A DNA stretch of 64,000 nucleotides from a virus (taxonomy: Duplodnaviria > Caudoviricetes). Where the stretch lies: positions 22,276 through 86,275 of the IMG/VR virus record IMGVR_UViG_3300032226_000905; one strand, written 5' to 3'. The position numbers and the translations under genes are program-made. Under the pieces are notes generated by a model. The model saw nothing but the letters and a program-made list of their open reading frames with translations. It was not told the origin of the DNA and searched no databases. This document shows, one piece after another, positions 20,801-29,119 of the stretch (position 1 is the first letter of the stretch; each line of letters begins with the position of its first letter).

Positions 20801-23800
20801 ACTGAGCTTGGCTACACCTGGTGGAATATCACCGCCAATTTCTGCAGTCGAGACTGGATATCTATATAGGCCACCTAGTCCGTGATCTATTTCGATCTCG
20901 GATAGGTTTAATGGAGCATAAGTCCAATTGTCGACATAGATGATCAGACCACCAGCAGTATTTTGATAAGGTGAACTAGGAAAATATACCTGCGCCACTT
21001 GACTTAGATCGTAGTATAATGTAATTGGAGTAGGAACTTCTAGAGGGTCAGCACCTTCTGCTACCAAAGCATAATTTCCGTGTGCGCTAGAACCACCTAC
21101 TGAACGTATCTGTCCACCATTGATCGCATAGTAAGAGATGTGGTTATAATATGTAAACATCGATACCGCTTCAGCTAAACCACCGTTTGTAACCACTACG
21201 CCATAACCTAAATCGTTGATCTGTGTAAAGTCATTGCTCAACATAGATCTATTACCAGGCATCAGTATTTCGTAGATATTGGCATTTGCATCTACAAAAT
21301 CTATAGTGGCCTGTTGGATATCAGTCTTTTCAGCTAATAAAATTGTTCGGGCAGTTTTTAAAGATGAAGTATAGGCATAGGCATTTAGATCAGGTAAAAC
21401 TTCTGCAGCAGCAGCAGAGACACCGTTGGTGATAATATCGCTGACTTCGTCTAGTAAATTTTGTATTAGAGTCTGAGCGGCACCGTCACTGGCTGAACCA
21501 GTAACCCGTGTTTCTGCGGTATAGGTTGTAACAGGTGCTGCATTGACGATTACCTGACGGGCTAGATAGTTAGCATAGTCAATACCATCGGCCGTTTCTG
21601 CTAGCTGACCTGAAGGAATCTGTAACGATACTGCATCACCAACACCATTATAGTAGGCGATACCAGCATATCTAGTCGCACTGTTTCCGCCATAGACCAG
21701 ATCATAAATCAGTGCCTCGATTATATATTGTACATCTCTAGCACAAGTATTTGAATTAAAACTCAATGAAGGATAGGTAGCCTGAAGATACCCGACAGTT
21801 TCTGCTTTAATAAAATTGATATTAGACTGTAATAACACTTTCGCATTTATGATGTTTGCAGCTAGGCCGGGAGGATTACTGTATAGTACTGCAGGAGCAA
21901 ATGTGGTTCCGTTTCTGATAATGTTGTCTATGGTAGTTTGACTGGTTTCTACGGTAGACTGAGCACCAGCGTATAAACTCAGTGCGGCAAAAGCTAGATC
22001 GTGTGCATAACTGACGGCTCTAGCAGTTAGATCTAATTGTTCATCGATGACCACAGCTGCATTAGCCTGTCTATAAGTTAAACCTGCTCTACGGTGATTG
22101 AAGTTAGTTCCTAGAACAATATCGTATCCTACTGAGTCAATAATAAGTCCTACATCTCGATAGCAGATGTCGTCATTATAGGCAAATACACTTCGTGTCC
22201 AAGGAGTAGCCTCATCTAGTATTAGAGATGCTGTTGATCCGTTGACGTTAAATGTGAAATCTCTAACATAGTTGATACGATACACCGTATCTTCGACGAT
22301 AAAAGACGCAGGTAATTGAGGAAATCTATCTAAGCTTCCAACTCTCAAGAAACTGTTATCGTCTACAGTACCGTTACCAGTAGGAACTACCAGTGTGTTA
22401 TAGATAAACACTGTGCCTACATTATTATCTATGGAGCCTAGGGCTATATAATTTGTAGATCCTACAGTTCTAATAGTATAACTTCTTCCTTTGATTATGT
22501 TTGTGACATTGATTATTTCTTTACTCAGCAGTTCAAATCGAATATTTCCAGTAAACCCGTCAATGAACATACCGCCATGAAACCCCTGTCTTCCAGAACT
22601 TTTGCTAAAAGATGCGCACTCCTGAGCATAAGGAGATTTGGCCAGTATCTGTCCTCGAGGATCTAGAACAGTAAAAAATCCTCCATGACCTTGAACAGTG
22701 ATAGCCTGCCAACGCACAGCATCATTGGCCAAGAACACATCCATCTGATCGTTATTTTTAGGAGTGTTCACGCTGCCATAACCAGGACCGCTTTCATCGA
22801 TAACATCTATCAGAGCATTAGTCAGTGCACCTATGACTCCCCCGTCGTTGACAGCATAACCGCCCCCGGTGTAGATAGGTAAACCAGTGCCGTTTACAGG
22901 TTCAGTAAGTCCGCTGTCTGTATAAAGAGAAAAGCTAGTGGCATTGATAAAAGTAATATAGTAATCGTTACCGTTGAGCTGTGTAGTTCCGCCCAGTTCA
23001 TCGATGATTATATTGTCTCCAGTAGATAACCCATGGGGACTGCTAGTAGTAATGACTACAGGATTGGTTCGAGTCAATGCCGATATATTAAAACTAGTTC
23101 CGCCTACTCCGCTTTCAGCTATGTAGGCACCATCTATGATTTGAAGGAATGTATTTTGATAGATTTCAGTGATTTCGACATTTCTAATAACTAATTGTGC
23201 CAGAGTGGCCAATCTTCTAATACCCGCCTTGGTTTCATCGAGCTGACTTTGTATCGCTATCAATCCGCTGGCATTTTGATAATACTTCAGGGCAGCTGAT
23301 ATAGTTCTGTCTGATCCACCGTATTTTAAATCGAATATCATCGAATCTAAAATCAATCCGACATCTCTTTCACAGATATCTCTGTTATAGTTAAAGGCAC
23401 CTACAAAAGGAGCGATGTTGTTTGAAATCTGATAATCAATCCATCCTATGACTTCTTTCTGTATGAATGATCTGTTTAGGAATAATAATTGTGCTGCGGC
23501 TCTGTAAGAACCTTTATTATTGATGATTGGATAAACTGGATCTTCTGAATCTGTTAGATAGTGATATCCAAATAATCGATCTGCGATAGTTATCTGATCT
23601 AGGTTAGCTTCACCAACCGTGAGATCTCTACGGAATTTATAAAAAGCCCAAGGACTAGAGCTCACACCAGGTCTTGGTCTAATAATAACTCTACGGAATT
23701 CATCACCTACTATAGATACGTTCTGTGGGACTTTTAATGGTAAATTTTCTTCGTAGATTCCACTTTCGACTAGAACTGTTATCTGTACAGGTTTAGCTAC

Positions 23801-25453
23801 ATCACCGTAGGATAGGACTTCGGGATATCCTATATCTCCAGGTTCTAAAAATTTTCCGAATTTAATATCTACATCAAATATTTCTCGCCCGCTGCTGTCT
23901 AGAGATCCGCTGTGTGCTAGTATCTGAGCCAATGCTCCGGATGTCTCTCCTCTAAGAAACAGTCCTTCTCTAATGTCTCTTGTTCTAATGGCTTCCGGAG
24001 TTCCTGTAAGAACATCTCCTGTGAAATCAGTACGTTGTCCTCCTGTTTCTACAAGAAATCTTGGCAGGCTAACTTCGATACCTGGTAGAGATGTAAATCC
24101 AGTTCCTTGATCAGTTACGGTAATACTTTGTACAACTCCGCCCACAATATCAGCGGTACCGAATGCTCCTGTTCCGCCACCTCCAGTAATGCGTACAGAT
24201 ACTAAACCATAACCTGATCCACCATTATCAATCTCTACATTATTGACTTTATAGGTTAGATTAAAGGTACAGCCGTCACCGAAATCACTGTCATCAGTGG
24301 TAGCCACATTAGTGCTGCCTGGCAGCGCAGTGTATACTCCAGAACTCAACTGTCTGAAAGTTACTACAGCTCCAGGTGTTGTAGCAGTTGAAAGCACCTG
24401 GTATCTAGCAGGCTCGATAAATGTTCCGCCGGTGATTGTTATGATGTCTCCTACATTATAGTTTACACCTGGTTGATTTATCGTGGCGGTATCAACACTC
24501 ATCAATACGGTTCCGGCAAAATTACTACCCGAACTCGGTGCTTCATCTATAAGATCAAGAGTACATTGATTAGCACCATTGTTATAGGTCAATACTTTCT
24601 TGTAAGGACCTAGTTCAATCCTGGATTCTAATACTATTTCTTCTGCACGTTTTAGTGCTGCTTCTAGAGTTCTGTAGGCATAGGCTAGAGCACGACCCTG
24701 TATTTCTGGACTTATACCGTTTCTAGAATCTTCTCCAGAAGTAGCTACATATAAGTTTACTGAGCTGCCGAATGCTGAGTTATCTACATACCTTTTTGTA
24801 GCAGCTATAAGACCGTCGTATATTTCGTCATCGTCGGGTTCCGGATCTCTAGCCAAGATCAATGGCCCGGTCATTTGTCCAAAACTAGGATCAACATTGC
24901 CGGTTCTTGGATTGATTGCGTTAGTTCCTGCTTTTGAAACTTTAGTATCCGCATAGCCTTTGTTTACAGCTTCATCTTCGAGAGTAGGTAAGACGGGAGT
25001 AACTCCATCTTGTGCAAACATTCCTCGGATTTTATGTGTAATACCTCCAGATCTAACATTTAGATCTCCGCCTAGCTGAGGACTAGTATCTCCCACAACC
25101 TGAGCAAATTCTGAGCTAATAACTATTTCGTTAGGATTGGTAGTAAAATCTAGGGCAATGCCCTCACCTTCTACTAGCTTTTTAAGCGTGACTCCTGATT
25201 CAAAATTGTTGAGAGTTACAAGAGGAGTATTACCAGTATCAGGATCGTTTTGACCAACGATAGTTTCGTCAGTCCATTTGAAATTTTCGTCTCTTTTTAC
25301 ATCATCAAGACCAAAAAAGGTTAGTCTTTCGCCGAGACCTAAAGAACTATAGAGTTCGCGGAAATTGTCGTTTACCTTGCGAAAGGAATCGCGTATACTG
25401 TCGCCGGTTCCATCGTTGCCAACGACGCCTATATCAATGATTTTACGTGCCAT
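17840..25453 (-). CDS. Giant (2537 aa) virion structural / tail protein
   Basis: gp9/gp10-like N-terminus, three CxRD repeats, three P(A/V)V(I/V)T...HG repeats, C-terminal ADLAE autocleavage-type domain. Confidence 0.8.
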   Translation of the reverse strand: MARKIIDIGVVGNDGTGDSIRDSFRKVNDNFRELYSSLGLGERLTFFGLDDVKRDENFKWTDETIVGQNDPDTGNTPLVTLNNFESGVTLKKLVEGEGIALDFTTNPNEIVISSEFAQVVGDTSPQLGGDLNVRSGGITHKIRGMFAQDGVTPVLPTLEDEAVNKGYADTKVSKAGTNAINPRTGNVDPSFGQMTGPLILARDPEPDDDEIYDGLIAATKRYVDNSAFGSSVNLYVATSGEDSRNGISPEIQGRALAYAYRTLEAALKRAEEIVLESRIELGPYKKVLTYNNGANQCTLDLIDEAPSSGSNFAGTVLMSVDTATINQPGVNYNVGDIITITGGTFIEPARYQVLSTATTPGAVVTFRQLSSGVYTALPGSTNVATTDDSDFGDGCTFNLTYKVNNVEIDNGGSGYGLVSVRITGGGGTGAFGTADIVGGVVQSITVTDQGTGFTSLPGIEVSLPRFLVETGGQRTDFTGDVLTGTPEAIRTRDIREGLFLRGETSGALAQILAHSGSLDSSGREIFDVDIKFGKFLEPGDIGYPEVLSYGDVAKPVQITVLVESGIYEENLPLKVPQNVSIVGDEFRRVIIRPRPGVSSSPWAFYKFRRDLTVGEANLDQITIADRLFGYHYLTDSEDPVYPIINNKGSYRAAAQLLFLNRSFIQKEVIGWIDYQISNNIAPFVGAFNYNRDICERDVGLILDSMIFDLKYGGSDRTISAALKYYQNASGLIAIQSQLDETKAGIRRLATLAQLVIRNVEITEIYQNTFLQIIDGAYIAESGVGGTSFNISALTRTNPVVITTSSPHGLSTGDNIIIDELGGTTQLNGNDYYITFINATSFSLYTDSGLTEPVNGTGLPIYTGGGYAVNDGGVIGALTNALIDVIDESGPGYGSVNTPKNNDQMDVFLANDAVRWQAITVQGHGGFFTVLDPRGQILAKSPYAQECASFSKSSGRQGFHGGMFIDGFTGNIRFELLSKEIINVTNIIKGRSYTIRTVGSTNYIALGSIDNNVGTVFIYNTLVVPTGNGTVDDNSFLRVGSLDRFPQLPASFIVEDTVYRINYVRDFTFNVNGSTASLILDEATPWTRSVFAYNDDICYRDVGLIIDSVGYDIVLGTNFNHRRAGLTYRQANAAVVIDEQLDLTARAVSYAHDLAFAALSLYAGAQSTVETSQTTIDNIIRNGTTFAPAVLYSNPPGLAANIINAKVLLQSNINFIKAETVGYLQATYPSLSFNSNTCARDVQYIIEALIYDLVYGGNSATRYAGIAYYNGVGDAVSLQIPSGQLAETADGIDYANYLARQVIVNAAPVTTYTAETRVTGSASDGAAQTLIQNLLDEVSDIITNGVSAAAAEVLPDLNAYAYTSSLKTARTILLAEKTDIQQATIDFVDANANIYEILMPGNRSMLSNDFTQINDLGYGVVVTNGGLAEAVSMFTYYNHISYYAINGGQIRSVGGSSAHGNYALVAEGADPLEVPTPITLYYDLSQVAQVYFPSSPYQNTAGGLIIYVDNWTYAPLNLSEIEIDHGLGGLYRYPVSTAEIGGDIPPGVAKLSLQSAEGAGVDGLALQVPDNTRVTIRQGTQTVLTGDVVDVAVRPSTGMILRESNDVYRILQFEDYNDPEGGRVCTISNGSPAVITRASHGLQPNYQVSFQTSGTLPSGINTTDVYFVLANGFTANSFSISLTKAGTAIATTTAGSGTHEYVVEGLARTTLRESYNYVDATVWPSQPFVTSASTCTISIANPAVVTLTSHGFLADDVIRFETTGTLPTGINSTSHYFVKTVLSPNTFTIVNDAAPNSPVPAVEIETTGTQSGIQSVGKVIGRVGDSTFAVVPVGGEEEDRILNTKFVFKGREYTVTAYSDETVTLLPYALMTVSPALLDSVVYFSTPPTLKSAVPKDEPGTLTIRIALVRVTAHDLLDIGTGSYADTNYPNEIFGPPVNPYNPGNEVVERGVGRCFYVTTDQFGNFSVGPYFRVDQGTGTVTFAAAIALSNLDGIGFKRGVPISEFSVDSSFSDNATDTVPTENAVRTYLDRRLGVSHNGAPIIEPSLIPSFSGGFMSLDGQLAMKANMNLDDFKITNLGDATDPEDAINLRSLTFNNFQDISLSNVRSADILTFTGAANFAQNSAVVGDISFNIDSTANTVDAQINAGSIINADVNAAAAIAQSKLSMTAASTRANATGIAQADLGLASFDSAQFDATNGWISVKNNGIVVGKIEQIATKTVLGNSTLVTNNVSAVPFTTVVNDGGAVKKSQYAGGTGFLRRIGFAATADTDYSIVDMTASYTGIGDNSKLVVRDSNGDFGARYVSVERLIVDTKIILDTTTITGGGYTQVHGFSGQVALLLGDGTAGGTKISYYDNDVHTFRTHPGTVQVLAPIRCGSVETVALTTGGTSTAGTITGTWSLASGSKMQATYADLAEYYEGDKEYSVGTVVVFGGEREITSSNVKADHRVAGVVSDNAAYVMNTDCPGIKTLIALQGRVPCRVVGKISKGDLLITSSISGVAVSAGGDARAGTIIGKALENYDSDHIGTIEVAVGRA

Positions 25454-25461
25454 AATTTATC

Positions 25462-25487
25462 CTAGGATAGTACTGTCCTAGTATTTA
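25462..25487 (-). promoter_or_regulatory. Late-type TAAATA box followed by a hairpin overlapping the RBS of the giant gene
   Basis: Minus strand TAAATA-CTAGGACAGTACTATCCTAG-GATAAATT-ATG. Confidence 0.5.
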
Positions 25488-25521
25488 GCCCAAAAAAACA
25501 TAAGCCGGATGTAAATACTAG

Positions 25522-25809
25522 ATGTTTCTCAAGACTGAAATTATAATCACTGAACACGAAAGGCCTAGTAAACTAGGTCGTGTTTATAAATTTTTCAGAA
25601 AGAAAACAGAAGCAATATTCCGCTGTGACAGCTGCGATGAACTTTTTCGTAGAGATCTAAAACACATAGACAGAAAGCGTCTCAGCAATAATTATTTTCA
25701 TTGCTGCGGTAACTGTGATGCTAAAAAGTTCGCTCAAAGAAAGGGCGTTGAGCGCAAGAAAATATGGGATATGCCTGCTAGCCTTGATTGGCCTGTAGGT
25801 AAGTATTAG
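25522..25809 (+). CDS. Basic Cys-rich (Zn-binding) protein
   Basis: CDSC and HCCGNC motifs; TAAATA at 25512-25517. Confidence 0.55.
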   Translation: MFLKTEIIITEHERPSKLGRVYKFFRKKTEAIFRCDSCDELFRRDLKHIDRKRLSNNYFHCCGNCDAKKFAQRKGVERKKIWDMPASLDWPVGKY

Positions 25810-26132
25810 ATCCTAAACGATTCTCCACAACCGCAGCGATCCTTCTCTGCAGAGTTACGGAATTCAAATCCTTCATTGACACCCTGTTTTACATAATCTA
25901 TTTCTAGATCTTTAAAATAAGCTAGATGTTTTTGATTGATATACACACAGAAATCATCAAACAGTTTGGTATATCCGGGATCTAAATCAGAAATATCATC
26001 TAGATATTCTAAAGTATAAGCCAGTCCCGAACAGCCCGTGGTTTTGATTCCGATAGAAATTCCTTTGCCCCGACCTCGACGAGCTAGATGCTGTCGTATT
26101 TTTTCAGTCGCGGTGCTTGTTACGGTAATCAT
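25806..26132 (-). CDS. iscA: Fe-S cluster assembly A-type carrier
   Basis: TTGCSGLAY, IDY, GFEF.N, CGCGESF. Confidence 0.92.
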   Translation of the reverse strand: MITVTSTATEKIRQHLARRGRGKGISIGIKTTGCSGLAYTLEYLDDISDLDPGYTKLFDDFCVYINQKHLAYFKDLEIDYVKQGVNEGFEFRNSAEKDRCGCGESFRI

Positions 26133-26487
26133 CTATGGCAGCCTTTATAGAATCTTCAGCTAATATGCTACAGTGTATTTTGACCGGTGGTAGTGCTAGT
26201 TCTTCTGCGATCGCAGTATTTTTAATTGACGCAGCTTCGTCAAGAGTTTTACCTTTAACCCATTCAGTAACCAGCGAACTGCTAGCGATCGCACTACCGC
26301 AACCGTAAGTTTTAAAACGAGCATCTTCAATAATACCATTTTCATTGACCTTGATCTGTAATTTGAGAACATCGCCGCATGCAGGAGCACCAACGAGTCC
26401 TGTGCCTACAGAGGGATCGTTCTTATCAAAACTTCCAACGTTTCGAGGATGCTCGTAGTGATCGATGACTTTTTCGCTGTATGACAT
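26104..26487 (-). CDS. iscU: Fe-S cluster scaffold
   Basis: MSYSEKVIDHYEHPRNVG, GAPACGDV, GCGSAIASSS, LPPVKIHC; start reassigned to 26487. Confidence 0.96.
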   Translation of the reverse strand: MSYSEKVIDHYEHPRNVGSFDKNDPSVGTGLVGAPACGDVLKLQIKVNENGIIEDARFKTYGCGSAIASSSLVTEWVKGKTLDEAASIKNTAIAEELALPPVKIHCSILAEDSIKAAIDDYRNKHRD

Positions 26488-26489
26488 GA

Positions 26490-26762
26490 TTATGGACGTT
26501 GAGGATATATGCCCTGTGTTGAGATCACTGCACGGGGACCATTGTTCCAATCCTGTGCCTTGACTCCGGGCGCTCGTGGATCCATCGGGCGTAGATCTGG
26601 CAAGCAAAAATTATTACGGCCATCGCCACCATATCTTGTTCCCATCAGCGAGTATAGTGCTGCATTCTGCTGTATAGACAAACATTGTCCATTTGCTTCA
26701 AGAAATCCAACAGGGGCAAAAGTTCCTGTAAACCACATCACCATGCCTAAAATTATTTCCAT
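26490..26762 (-). CDS. Stand-alone phage tail-collar-domain protein
   Basis: FAPVGFLEANGQCLSIQQNAALYSLMGTRYGGDG..NF.LPDLR; start reassigned to MEIILG. Confidence 0.85.
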   Translation of the reverse strand: MEIILGMVMWFTGTFAPVGFLEANGQCLSIQQNAALYSLMGTRYGGDGRNNFCLPDLRPMDPRAPGVKAQDWNNGPRAVISTQGIYPQRP

Positions 26763-26773
26763 TCTTTTTCTCC

Positions 26774-27331
26774 TTATATGAGTCTTTGATTGACAGCGTC
26801 CCAATTGATGATACGCCAAATATTGTTTAAGTATTTGGCTTTATCCTGTTGATAGTCTAACGCCCAGGCATGTTCCCAAGCATCTATCAGTAGTGAGATC
26901 TTCATACCTTTACGGTATTCATGATTATGAATAGTATGTAGTTTACCATCATAATCCATATAAATCCAGTTTGAACCCTGTGCAGCCATAAATTCTTTTT
27001 CAACCGCTTCTTTGAACTTATCAAAGTCTCCATACTTTTCATCTATTAGAGATTTACTGAGTCCCTCGGGCTTATTAGCAGCCCTCGGCGGGGTAAGATT
27101 AGAAAAGAATATATTGTGTAGCATAGCGCCACCATAGTTAAAATCAGCGTCGCCTTCACCTTTATTGTATCGTTCAGAATACTTTGCGGCCAAACCATCA
27201 TAATGATATTTGATTGTAGCTTCGCTCATCACGGGCTCTAGCTCTTTCTTGTCAAATTTGAGCTTGTCCTGATATATTTCACGTCGATCTGTATTTTCGG
27301 TTATACTTTTAATAAAATGTAGCATAAGCAT
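26774..27331 (-). CDS. sod: Fe/Mn superoxide dismutase
   Basis: HY, LHNIFF, GSNW, DAWEHAW..DYQ, NWDAV. Confidence 0.9.
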   Translation of the reverse strand: MLMLHFIKSITENTDRREIYQDKLKFDKKELEPVMSEATIKYHYDGLAAKYSERYNKGEGDADFNYGGAMLHNIFFSNLTPPRAANKPEGLSKSLIDEKYGDFDKFKEAVEKEFMAAQGSNWIYMDYDGKLHTIHNHEYRKGMKISLLIDAWEHAWALDYQQDKAKYLNNIWRIINWDAVNQRLI

Positions 27332-27339
27332 ATTTACCG

Positions 27340-27347
27340 TATAAATA
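27340..27347 (+). promoter_or_regulatory. T4-like late promoter TATAAATA, back-to-back with a minus-strand TAAATA at 27331-27336
   Basis: Exact T4 late consensus 20 nt before a start codon with SD AGGAG. Confidence 0.7.
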
Positions 27348-27366
27348 ACCTACAAGGAGATTTAAT

Positions 27367-27678
27367 ATGGAAATCTTATTAGCGATCGCTGTTATAGTTG
27401 TAATTGGAGCTCTTATCTATTTTAATAGAAATAATAAAGGTCTCGATGTCAACAAAGACGGCAAGATTGATTCTGCTGATGTAAAGGCCGCTGTTCAAAA
27501 TGTAGTCTGTGGAGTTAAAGAAACTGCAGATGTCAACAAAGACGGTAAGGTTGACGCTGCTGACGCTGCGGTAGTTGTTGAGAAAGCTAAAACAGAAGTT
27601 AAAAAGGCCGCTACGAAAGCCAAAACTGCTGCTAAGAAAGTGACAACTCGCGGTCGCAAGCCAGCGGCTCAGAAGTAA
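27367..27678 (+). CDS. Membrane-anchored protein with two EF-hand-like loops and a Lys/Ala-rich tail
   Basis: N-terminal TM; DVNKDGKIDSAD and DVNKDGKVDAAD; KKAATKAKTAAKK. Confidence 0.7.
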   Translation: MEILLAIAVIVVIGALIYFNRNNKGLDVNKDGKIDSADVKAAVQNVVCGVKETADVNKDGKVDAADAAVVVEKAKTEVKKAATKAKTAAKKVTTRGRKPAAQK

Positions 27679-28693
27679 TCTTTTTAGCCTCTTCGTAGAG
27701 TGCGAAAGAAGCCAAGTTCTTTGCCTTTGACTCACACATAATATCGAACTGATCCCAAAAACTCAGTGCCCACTGATTCGCTGCTGTATTCCAGTAGAAG
27801 TTTGAGTGTGCTCTGAGTTTTGCTTTTTTGTGACCGCCTTCCATCAACGCATGAAGGGAGGGAAGGGAGTCTGCGGAATGGTCAATAAGATGCTCTTCCC
27901 GTGATACACTATAATGTATAACAGGCCGAACACTACGCCAACTGTCAATAATCCTTTTAACACGGTCGTCAGTAGTTTCAATGTATTCTCCAGTTTTAAT
28001 CCAATGATGATGAATGTCTAAGACCAAGGCACAATGATCAACAAGTTCGATGCTATCTTCAATACCCCAGGTCATTTCGTCGTTTTCGATTGTAAGAGTA
28101 TTACGAGCTTCGGGAGTCATTCGGCTTAGTGCGCTGATAATACCTTTCGGGCCTTGTCGACCTGCGATATGCACATTGATCTTAAAGTCTTGGAATGCCT
28201 GACCATAGCCCATCCAGCGAGCCATGTCTACGTGATACTCAAATTCTTCTATTGAGCGATCGACAATATCTGGACTATCGCTAGCAAGCACAGTAAACTG
28301 GCCGGGATGAAAACTAAGCCGAACACGATTCTCACGGGCCAAGTCACCCACTGTCGAAAAATTTCTTTCGCAATAGGCTCGGACATCATGCTGCCTCCAA
28401 AACCGCTTCCAATTAGGCTCAGTATATACAGGCAATATATCACTGCTGAGTCGTACCATTCTAAGATTTTCATCAAGGGTTCCTACCTTTTCAACTAGTT
28501 TACGTACAGCTTCAATGTTACCTACCATTAGGTCCCAGAGTTTTTGTTCAGCAACAGGTTTGGTTTGCCGATTCAACCATGCTACAGTAGTACTGCCAGT
28601 ATTATACTGTTTGCAGTTGTCTTTTTGTTTAATACCGTCGATCTGTGAAGGACCGTCGATCCATTTACAGGCAAAGCCTATGCGTTTGGTCAT
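27632..28693 (-). CDS. uvsE: UV damage endonuclease (UvsE/UVDE)
   Basis: RIGFAC, RLSSD, RLSFHPGQFTVL, TIENDE, LVLDIHHH, DIMCESKAKNLA. Confidence 0.92.
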   Translation of the reverse strand: MTKRIGFACKWIDGPSQIDGIKQKDNCKQYNTGSTTVAWLNRQTKPVAEQKLWDLMVGNIEAVRKLVEKVGTLDENLRMVRLSSDILPVYTEPNWKRFWRQHDVRAYCERNFSTVGDLARENRVRLSFHPGQFTVLASDSPDIVDRSIEEFEYHVDMARWMGYGQAFQDFKINVHIAGRQGPKGIISALSRMTPEARNTLTIENDEMTWGIEDSIELVDHCALVLDIHHHWIKTGEYIETTDDRVKRIIDSWRSVRPVIHYSVSREEHLIDHSADSLPSLHALMEGGHKKAKLRAHSNFYWNTAANQWALSFWDQFDIMCESKAKNLASFALYEEAKKITSEPLACDRELSLS

Positions 28694-28861
28694 TTAGTGT
28701 ACAGCTTCCCTGACATCTACTTCACACTCGACTACCCAATTATTAAATTCGGTAAACTTGTTGACTTCTATGCCTAGCCCAACTGCTTCGTTTACAAAGT
28801 GTTGTAGAAGTGCATTATAAAGTTCGTCGGGCATTGTGTCTTTATCAAATTGAATTTTCAT
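28694..28861 (-). CDS. Small hypothetical protein (55 aa, not in ORF track)
   Basis: Hand translation MKIQFDKDTMPDELYNALLQHFVNEAVGLGIEVNKFTEFNNWVVECEVDVREAVH fills the gap; stop abuts the uvsE start. Confidence 0.7.
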   Translation of the reverse strand: MKIQFDKDTMPDELYNALLQHFVNEAVGLGIEVNKFTEFNNWVVECEVDVREAVH

Positions 28862-29084
28862 TAGATAATCCTGAAATAAGAAGTTCTCGTTCAGTCATAT
28901 ACGCTACGGGTTTAATCCAGCCACGATCGAGACATTCTGTTAAAATCAATTTATATTCGTAGGGAATATGTTGATTGATTTCAAATCCTGCTCGCGGTGC
29001 TTGAACAAACTTATCAACAATATGAAACCTGGGATCATCTTGTTTGATTGTACGAATTTGACTTTGGTGTGTAGTAAATGTCAT
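28845..29084 (-). CDS. Hypothetical protein
   Basis: 79-aa ORF behind a sigma70-type promoter. Confidence 0.55.
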   Translation of the reverse strand: MTFTTHQSQIRTIKQDDPRFHIVDKFVQAPRAGFEINQHIPYEYKLILTECLDRGWIKPVAYMTERELLISGLSNENSI

Positions 29085-29090
29085 ACTGTA

Positions 29091-29119
29091 AGCATAACAT
29101 CGTTATCGCCAGTTGTCAA
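29091..29119 (-). promoter_or_regulatory. Sigma70-type promoter
   Basis: TTGACA-17nt-TATGCT. Confidence 0.7.

Noticed and set aside
26104-26819. ORF-track N-terminal extensions of iscU (26607) and the collar protein (26819)
   Set aside because: The extensions overlap upstream genes; family-typical starts lie at 26487 and 26762.
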